DNA of 64,000 nucleotides, taken from positions 872-64,871 of the forward strand of contig JANXAS010000001.1 in assembly GCA_025062195.1 (NCBI GenBank). Reading direction: 5' to 3'. The notes below the pieces were generated by a model. The model had not been told where the DNA came from. It made no database searches and was given only the letters and a program-made list of their open reading frames with translations. The stretch comes from Armatimonadota bacterium (lineage in GTDB: Bacteria; Armatimonadota; Fervidibacteria; Fervidibacterales; Thermosaccharophagaceae). Positions 57,616-64,000 of the stretch are shown here, piece after piece. A program made the position numbers and the translations under genes. Positions within the stretch are counted from its first letter, which is position 1. Every line of letters starts with the position of its first letter.

Positions 57616-60600
57616 TCACATGCGGATTATTTCAAACTGCGAGCCAGTGTGTGGGTCTTTAGTCACTTCAATCCTGACTGGAAACGAATCCTTAAGCTGT
57701 TCAAGGTGAGTAACAACAATGATTTTGTCAAAGTCACTCTTGATGCTATTTATCGCTTCAACCAGATGCTTTAGTCCATCGGCATCCTGCGATCCGAAGC
57801 CCTCGTCGATAACAAGGAAACGCACACTCGTGCCGGCTCTTCTTGCCAACAGCTTTGCTAATGCAACTCTTATTGCAAAGTCAATCCTGAAGCGCTCACC
57901 ACCTGAATACAGCTCATATGGTCTCGTGCCAAGCTCATCGCTCACCTTTATGTCAAGCGTCTCCTTTGGAGTTCCACCTTTTGTCTCACGCTGCAGCTCA
58001 AATGCAACATGCACTCTGTTGCGTGTTAGTCTCCCAAGAAGGTTATTTGCTTCCTCTTCAACTTCGCTAATTGCATTCCCAATGATGATCGCCTGTATGC
58101 CATCTTTACCAAAAGCCTGTGTAAGCAATTCGTATATGCGTTTTTCATGGCGCAGGCGTTGTAAGTCACTTTCAATCTCCTCGCGCCTTTTGGATAACCC
58201 CTTGCACCTCGAGATGTTGCTTTCAACCTCTCCCTTCTCAGATTGCAATCTCAAACGCTTCCTATCAAGTTCTGAATGCTTCCCTTCCAACTCCATTATC
58301 CCCTGCTTGACTTGTGGGATTGCTTGCAGCTCTTTTTCAAGCGCTTTGATCTGCTTAACCAGTTCCTTGTATCTCTTGTGTCCATTCTTAATTGACTGGC
58401 GGAGCAATCTCAGTTGCTCTAATAATTTTGGTATTTCAACTTTTGCCTGCGATAGCCTTTCATACAACCCGACATAGCTTTCAAGCCTCTCTTGCTCTTT
58501 GCGCACCTTATCGTGTTCCAATTCGTCATATCCAAGCTCATCTATGAGCCTATTTAACTCTGCAAGTTGTCTTTGTTCATCATGTGCAAAGTCGCCCTCT
58601 GCAATCCTTTTCTGCAACAACGCTATATCAGTCTTTACCTTGTTGAGCTTACCCTCTGCTTCTGACAGTTTATCCTGTGCTCGCCTGAGCAACTCCATTT
58701 CCGTCTCATAGATACCCATTGACTCCAACCTATCTTTGACTTGCAAATGCAACTCCTCATCATAACCGAGTTGGCTTATCTCGTTCTCAACAGCCATCAA
58801 TCTCTCTCTCAACTCAGCTGCAAAATCATTTTCTTTAATTCGCCGTTTAAGTTCCTCAGCTTCGCCCCTCAACCTCTCCAACTTCTTTGCTGCCTCATTT
58901 GCTTTCTCTAACCTTGCCTCAGCATTCGCTAATCGTTGTTGAACAGCACCCATACTTTTGAGCCTTCCCTCAAGTGCCCCGTATCGTAATTGCAAATCTG
59001 AGCGCTGCCCCATTGCCCTCACAATCTCCGATGTGATAGCCTCAAGTTCACTACGCATGTTATCCAATGAAGACTCAAAGTCCGCTTTGAGTTTTCCCTT
59101 GCGCTCCTCATCCAATGGTGAATCACACACGGGACAGCGTGGCTCTGTAGATTCAACCAGCAGGTTGAGTTTCACTTCTGTATCTTTTATTTCATCCTCA
59201 AGCCGTGTTTGTTTGAATGAGAGTTCACTTATGCGTTTATCGCAATCAATTATCCCGCTTGCAACCGAATCCGCTTCCTTTTGTAATTCCCGCAATTCTT
59301 CAAGCTGTGCATTCAACCTTGCAATTTCACTCTCAAGTTCTTCCTTCTGATTTGCCTCGCTCTCAATTTCCTTACACTGCCTCAAAATGGACTTAAGTTG
59401 CGTCTCAAGGCTCAATCTCACTCCATCAATCTCCATCTTTATCTTTGTGGCTAACTCACGCAGCTCTGAATGCCTCCTCCTCAAGCTCTCCAGATGCTTA
59501 TCTTTACGCTTTAACGATTGCAATTCCTCATAGCCTCTCTCAATTTCTTGGCGCCTGTTAACCAATTTCATCGCCTCATTTATCTCTCGTCGCAGCGTAT
59601 CACCCTCCTTTCTCAACTCCGCCAGCTGTTTCTCAAGCTCGCCTTTAACCCTCTCAATTGCCTGCTCAATTTTTCGTTTATTCGTCTCAAGCTCCCTCAG
59701 CTCCTTCAGCTTTCCCTCAAGTTCCCTGCCCTTCCTTGCAGCTTCCTGATAGCGTTCGTAGTTGGATTTAATTTCGCTTTCCTTATTCAAGATATCCTTC
59801 AATTCTTTGTAACGCTTGAGCCAACTTTTGTATTGCTCCATCATGGTGTTGAAATTGTTGAAAAGTTCTTTGGCTTGCCACCTCAAACTCTCCAACTGCC
59901 TCCTTCTTTCTTCAAGCGTAGCCAAGCGCTTCTTTTCGCCGTCAAGCCTGTCTGCCACACTCCTCAACCCCTCATTAACTTTGTTCAACTCCTCATCCAA
60001 CTGTCTTGCCCTCTCCTCCAAATTTGGCAGCTGCTTTAGTTCCTCATCTATTCTATCAAGCTCATTCAAAGCCGCTTGCTCGCTACTTGCACATTCTTTC
60101 TGATGTTCCCTTGCCAACTCCGACAATCGCTCATAATGGTCAAGCCCGAGTATGCTCGCCAAAATTTCTTTTCGCTCGCCGGGCGTCCTCCTTGTGAACT
60201 CATCGGCACGCCCCTGTAGTATGAAAGAGGAAGCAATGAATGTTTCGTAGTCCATGCGCAAGGTTGAATTTATCCTTTGCTGCGTTTCATGTTGCGATCT
60301 TCCAGTCAGCGTGATCCACCTGTTATCGCCCACAGAATAGGCATGCAACTCAAGGCCTGTGCGCCTGTGATGCTTCCGTGAATATCGCCTGATGACGCGA
60401 TAACGATCGCCCTCAACTTCAAACTCAAACTCAACTTCCATTTCTTGGGCACCTATGCGAATAAGGTCTTCATCGGGGCTTGTGCGTCCACGAGCCTTCC
60501 TCGCTTCACCCCACAATGCCCATGTGATTGCATCAAGCAATGCGGACTTGCCATGCCCATTTGAACCTGAAAGGCATGCCAAGTCAAAGGTTGTAAAATC

Positions 60601-60663
60601 AAGTGGCGAAACATTCTCACCATAGCTCATGAAATTGCGCAGCCTCAACTTTATTGGCACCAT
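57616..60663 (-). CDS. sbcC: SbcC/Rad50-family ATPase (nuclease SbcCD subunit C)
   Basis: 1015 aa. Walker A GSNGHGKSALLDA, very long coiled coil with central zinc hook CPVC, signature YSGGERFR, Walker B FLVIDEGFG. Confidence 0.9.
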   Translation of the reverse strand: MVPIKLRLRNFMSYGENVSPLDFTTFDLACLSGSNGHGKSALLDAITWALWGEARKARGRTSPDEDLIRIGAQEMEVEFEFEVEGDRYRVIRRYSRKHHRRTGLELHAYSVGDNRWITLTGRSQHETQQRINSTLRMDYETFIASSFILQGRADEFTRRTPGERKEILASILGLDHYERLSELAREHQKECASSEQAALNELDRIDEELKQLPNLEERARQLDEELNKVNEGLRSVADRLDGEKKRLATLEERRRQLESLRWQAKELFNNFNTMMEQYKSWLKRYKELKDILNKESEIKSNYERYQEAARKGRELEGKLKELRELETNKRKIEQAIERVKGELEKQLAELRKEGDTLRREINEAMKLVNRRQEIERGYEELQSLKRKDKHLESLRRRHSELRELATKIKMEIDGVRLSLETQLKSILRQCKEIESEANQKEELESEIARLNAQLEELRELQKEADSVASGIIDCDKRISELSFKQTRLEDEIKDTEVKLNLLVESTEPRCPVCDSPLDEERKGKLKADFESSLDNMRSELEAITSEIVRAMGQRSDLQLRYGALEGRLKSMGAVQQRLANAEARLEKANEAAKKLERLRGEAEELKRRIKENDFAAELRERLMAVENEISQLGYDEELHLQVKDRLESMGIYETEMELLRRAQDKLSEAEGKLNKVKTDIALLQKRIAEGDFAHDEQRQLAELNRLIDELGYDELEHDKVRKEQERLESYVGLYERLSQAKVEIPKLLEQLRLLRQSIKNGHKRYKELVKQIKALEKELQAIPQVKQGIMELEGKHSELDRKRLRLQSEKGEVESNISRCKGLSKRREEIESDLQRLRHEKRIYELLTQAFGKDGIQAIIIGNAISEVEEEANNLLGRLTRNRVHVAFELQRETKGGTPKETLDIKVSDELGTRPYELYSGGERFRIDFAIRVALAKLLARRAGTSVRFLVIDEGFGSQDADGLKHLVEAINSIKSDFDKIIVVTHLEQLKDSFPVRIEVTKDPHTGSQFEIIRM

Positions 60664-60736
60664 TCCAATTCACCCCGCACAGCTTGAATTGACGGACTGT
60701 GCGAAAGCGCCAGAGGTGGCGAGCAAACTTTGTAGG

Positions 60737-60786
60737 AGTTACGCAGTTGTTGTCCCGTATTTACTGACGATAGCCTGCCCGATAAA
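60737..60786 (+). repeat. Intergenic module (family Q), copy in the sbcD-sbcC spacer
   Basis: AGTTACGCAGTTG (60737-60749) ... GCCTGCCCGATAAA (60773-60786), with the same spacing as 50432-50480. Confidence 0.65.
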
Positions 60787-61003
60787 TACCATTGCTCTGC
60801 GTGCGGATGAAATTTGCCCCAACATATGATTTTGAGGCAATATTTGGGCACACTTCCGTCTGACCCGGCGAAAAATTCCAACTGCTTAAATCCCGATAGT
60901 ATTATCGTCCACGCTTCTTGCACAATCGGTTTTTGGAGCGATTTTCCGGAAAGCTATTGCACACCCTTAAGAAGCGAAGCCAACTGTGCAACTCCTAATC
61001 CAA

Positions 61004-62236
61004 CTAAGTGGCTGACTCTCTTATGAGTTCGCTCTCAAGCTGCTGTGCATATCTGATCAGCTCATCCTCAAGTTCCTTTAGTTCACTCTTGTGTCGTATA
61101 TAGCGGCGCAGTGCCTCTATAGTGCTCATCTGTTCGGTTATCACAGCCTGTGGGCGTTGCAGTGGCTTCTCAACTTGCCTTGCCACACTTACAACTCTAA
61201 ACGCCCCAGAGAGAGCTTGTTCAACCGCTTTCCAATCAATGGTTGTTTGCTGTTCATCTGTGCAACTGTATCTTATGCGCACAATGGCATCTTTCACATT
61301 GCGCTCCATTATAGCATTGATTAGCGCTTGAGTTGGATTTTTCAAGCCATGCATGTTCACATCGATGGTGACGAATCGCCTCGCTGGTGTCTCAAGGAAT
61401 TCAAGCTCAACTCCATCGGCAATGCTAACTACGCAGAAGCCCTTCTGTTCATTCTCTTCGGCGAAGTCGCACCGATCAATGCTGCCGGAATAAACCACAT
61501 GCGGCGCACCGGACGGATTCAAATCCTGATACTTGTGTATGTGCCCAAGTGCCACATACTTAAATTGCGGCATCGCAAGGGCACTGAGCATCAACTTCGG
61601 CTCCGTGCTCAATTCGGCAGTGCGCTCCGAACCAGCATAAACTGCATTCCACGCAGCCACATGCGCAAGCAGCACCGACGGAGCATCATGAGAGAGTCTT
61701 TCAGCCATGCTTGATATGCAGTCACTGCAAATGCCTTCAATACGCTTTGCAATCTCTTCCTCGCTCATAGCGCGAACTTCTTCCCTCGTCAAAAGTGCGC
61801 TCCTGTTTGGGTATGGCAAGCAAGCCACTTGAAGCACTCCGGAGCGCGTCGTTACATTGATGACCTGTGGCTTGACAGCTACATGGATATTTGGGACACC
61901 AAGGACACCAAAAAGTTCAAGTGGCGAAGCTTTGCCATACGATACTGGCATATCATGGTTGCCAACGATGAGCACAGTCGGAATGCCGGCATCCGAAAGG
62001 CGCTTCATCTGCGCACCGAACAGCTTTTGATATGTTGGAGTTGGATTGGCGTAATCGTATGCATCGCCAGCGAAAAGCACGACATCAACTTGGCGCTCTA
62101 TGGCAGCATCCACAATGTATTCCAAGCAACGCACGAAATCAAGCAGGCGCGTATTTAAGCCACTTGCCGGATCAAGCTTGCCGTGCGTCTCAATACCTAT
62201 GTGAGCATCAGCGAAATGCAGAATTCGCATCGCCAT
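61004..62236 (-). CDS. sbcD: SbcD/Mre11-family nuclease (nuclease SbcCD subunit D)
   Basis: ILHFADAHIG, VLFAGDAYD, GNHD, GHIH phosphoesterase motifs. 410 aa. Confidence 0.9.
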   Translation of the reverse strand: MAMRILHFADAHIGIETHGKLDPASGLNTRLLDFVRCLEYIVDAAIERQVDVVLFAGDAYDYANPTPTYQKLFGAQMKRLSDAGIPTVLIVGNHDMPVSYGKASPLELFGVLGVPNIHVAVKPQVINVTTRSGVLQVACLPYPNRSALLTREEVRAMSEEEIAKRIEGICSDCISSMAERLSHDAPSVLLAHVAAWNAVYAGSERTAELSTEPKLMLSALAMPQFKYVALGHIHKYQDLNPSGAPHVVYSGSIDRCDFAEENEQKGFCVVSIADGVELEFLETPARRFVTIDVNMHGLKNPTQALINAIMERNVKDAIVRIRYSCTDEQQTTIDWKAVEQALSGAFRVVSVARQVEKPLQRPQAVITEQMSTIEALRRYIRHKSELKELEDELIRYAQQLESELIRESAT

Positions 62237-62583
62237 CCATCACCCCACATAAAGCGAGAACAAACTGTCACGCAGCTGTTCAACTTGCACAAAGTTTGAT
62301 CCATCTTGGTAAGCACATTCAAAGCCAACAAGGCGCCATTTAAAGCATAGACAGCGAAAACTCCATGACCTCTTTACCCAAAATTTTAGCAATGGACGCA
62401 TTCACCAATTCATGCTACGGAGTTCAGCCTAAAGTCACTGACGGTCTTCACAAGCATCGTTTTTAGACGGTGAATTTTTATGAACGGACAGCAGTAAATC
62501 CTGTTCCAAACGGTTCACACACGGCTCAGCCTATCTCGGCTGGCACACAAAAAGACAGCAAAAATTCCGGCGCTTTTCGCACT

Positions 62584-62655
62584 CCCCTACACTGCCAAAT
62601 GAATTCGGCGCTCATTTGCTTCACCATCAATAACCGGCTAAAGCCAACAGCATGG
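62584..62655 (+). repeat. Intergenic repeat block (family E), copy 2
   Basis: Aligns with 294-376 (see first feature). Confidence 0.7.
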
Positions 62656-62960
62656 ATTAATGACCATGAGCCAAAAATCTTTTGAGGGGAGCATGCCATA
62701 TAAATTATGCAGCAGTTAAACACCTTACAGGTGTGCAGCTAACCGAAATCCGGCACATCAAAAATTGTGCGCATCGTGAAATGCGCCCCTCAGAAGGTTC
62801 AATAGAGCCGCAGTTTATCCTTACCGCCGCGCCGCATATAATGCTCATGGTTCATGCTGCTCTCGCATCGGCATGCACTTGTGATAGACTGCAAATTAGC
62901 TCTGCGCATCAAACTCAACAAACATTGTGGTGGTGATGAACCGTGAAGTTGAAGGGAAAC

Positions 62961-64000
62961 ATGATGAGCATCATAATGATGGTCATTCTCTTCCTGCCTC
63001 AGGTTGCTGCCCCGCAGAGTGTAACAGTGAGGCAGGAGAAACGCGCACCAAAAATTGATGGCTCACTTGACGAGGATGTCTGGAAGCATGCCTCGGAGTT
63101 CGTGATAGCACAGCCACTTCGTGGGTCTAGGGCGAGCGCTAAGGCAAAGGCGCTCATGTTCTTCACAGCCGATTCCATTTATTTTGGCTTCCTATGTGAG
63201 GAGCCACAAATGGCGCAACTGCGCCGCAACATCAAAGAGAAGGATGGAGAAGTGTGGCGCGATGATTGCGTTGAAATTTTTATAGCACCGTGCCAACAGG
63301 CTGCAACTGATTATTACCACATCCTCATCAATAGCATTGGGAGTGTGCGTGACGAATTCTGGAGGGAGGGGGAATGCGATATCCGTTGGGATAGCAAGGT
63401 GACTCTTGGAACACGAGAGGGCAAAGAGTCATGGTGTGTTGAGTTAAAGCTACCGCTATCCTCACTTGACCGGCTGCCAATGCTGAGGGATGTATGGCGA
63501 ATGAACTTTGCAAGGGAGCGATATGCCATCGCCCCGACAGAGCTAACAACATGGTCTGAGTGCATTAGCAGTTTTCATGAGCCAGAGAGGTTCGGCGAAG
63601 TGAAGCTTGAGGGCATCTCAAACCTCAGCATCGTCAGAAAAACAACGCAAATGGCAGTGCACACCGAAATCAAAAGGATGCTCACGCATGTCCGAGAGGC
63701 GCTCTCCCAACTACCCAAAGCTTGCAAAACGGAAGAGGGAAAGAAACTGCGAGCGACGCTAAAGGATTGGGAGCGCAAATTGAGTGATGGCACGATAGAA
63801 TCCAGATGGCATTATGCGCTGGAAGCGAGGCGCAATTTGCACCGCCTTAAGGAGCAGTTGAACATGGTGAGGTTAATGGAGAAGTTGGGAGCACCTTATG
63901 CGGTTTTTGCGCCATCGCCGATGCTCAAATTCAGGCAAGATCAGATGCCTCAATTGGAGCCGTGCAAGACAATCGTTCTTCATTCAGCACGCGGTGAAGC
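62961..64000 (+). CDS. Secreted protein with N-terminal CBM9-like (carbohydrate-binding family 9 / DOMON-like) domain, 3'-truncated by the window end
   Basis: Not in the supplied ORF track because it has no stop in the window. I translated the frame by hand from 62943 to 64000 and found no stop. MMSIIMMVILFLPQVAAP signal, then KIDGSLDEDVWKHA...DSIYFGF...WRDDCVEIFI...YYHILINSIG pattern typical of CBM9-like modules. Confidence 0.55.
   Translation, partial: MMSIIMMVILFLPQVAAPQSVTVRQEKRAPKIDGSLDEDVWKHASEFVIAQPLRGSRASAKAKALMFFTADSIYFGFLCEEPQMAQLRRNIKEKDGEVWRDDCVEIFIAPCQQAATDYYHILINSIGSVRDEFWREGECDIRWDSKVTLGTREGKESWCVELKLPLSSLDRLPMLRDVWRMNFARERYAIAPTELTTWSECISSFHEPERFGEVKLEGISNLSIVRKTTQMAVHTEIKRMLTHVREALSQLPKACKTEEGKKLRATLKDWERKLSDGTIESRWHYALEARRNLHRLKEQLNMVRLMEKLGAPYAVFAPSPMLKFRQDQMPQLEPCKTIVLHSARGE

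Noticed and set aside
57719-60039. Long plus-strand ORFs antisense to sbcC (57719..58477 at 252 aa, 58958..59350, 59518..60039 at 173 aa)
   Set aside because: They are low-complexity Ser/Leu/Phe-rich mirror translations of the Glu/Lys/Leu-rich coiled coil of sbcC, a typical shadow-ORF artefact.
57616-62236. sbcC/sbcD as a phage-defence system (SMC/Rad50-like ATPase plus nuclease)
   Set aside because: Sizes, motifs (zinc hook CPVC, Mre11 phosphoesterase motifs) and gene order fit housekeeping SbcCD. There are no additional defence-type partners. The adjacency to the island looks incidental.

Overview
64-kb bacterial chromosomal window. GC in 60-nt lines I counted by hand is about 53% in backbone genes. 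I support about 45 protein-coding genes and found no rRNA, tRNA, CRISPR array or cas gene by eye. Phylum is not determinable here; the gene content resembles saccharolytic Armatimonadota/Planctomycetota-type genomes.

Gene content, left to right:
- Three Tat-signal Gfo/Idh/MocA oxidoreductases with ApbE, a DUF1080 (3-keto-disaccharide-hydrolase-like) secreted protein, a GH29 fucosidase and a URO-D-like protein.
- A fused siroheme-decarboxylase-like gene, then glnB-glnD-glnE, then tpiA.
- A minus-strand FHA / FHA-membrane / Ser-Thr-kinase-RDD / zinc-ribbon operon.
- 2-oxoacid dehydrogenase E1 alpha and beta, then glyA.
- A minimal cpaF-tadB-tadC module, DUF192 plus a GT4 glycosyltransferase, and an HD-GYP response regulator.
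- A 16-kb co-directional block: orphan 425-aa protein, DUF2227-like membrane protein, HEAT-repeat protein, RNase-H-like exonuclease, MTA phosphorylase, ThrC-family enzyme plus a stand-alone NIL protein, then ilvB-ilvN-(membrane ORF)-ilvC-leuA-leuC.
- A low-GC island with orphan ORFs and an IS982-like relic, then sbcD-sbcC and a 3'-truncated CBM9-like secreted protein.

Most unusual features:
- Non-coding architecture. Several families of structured intergenic repeats occur throughout. They include two inverted arrays of a 36-nt REP-like unit that builds 134-nt REPIN-like hairpins; these arrays bracket the 16-kb block.
- A MITE-like element with perfect 13-bp terminal inverted repeats sits inside the tad module.
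- Mosaic repeat fillers split leuA/leuC and sbcD/sbcC.
- CpaF carries a tandem duplication of its N-terminal region.
- The MTAP / ThrC-like / NIL trio suggests methionine-linked chemistry.
- The decaying low-GC island encodes a cysteine- and acid-rich secreted protein.

All functional calls rest on motif recognition by eye. No database search was run.
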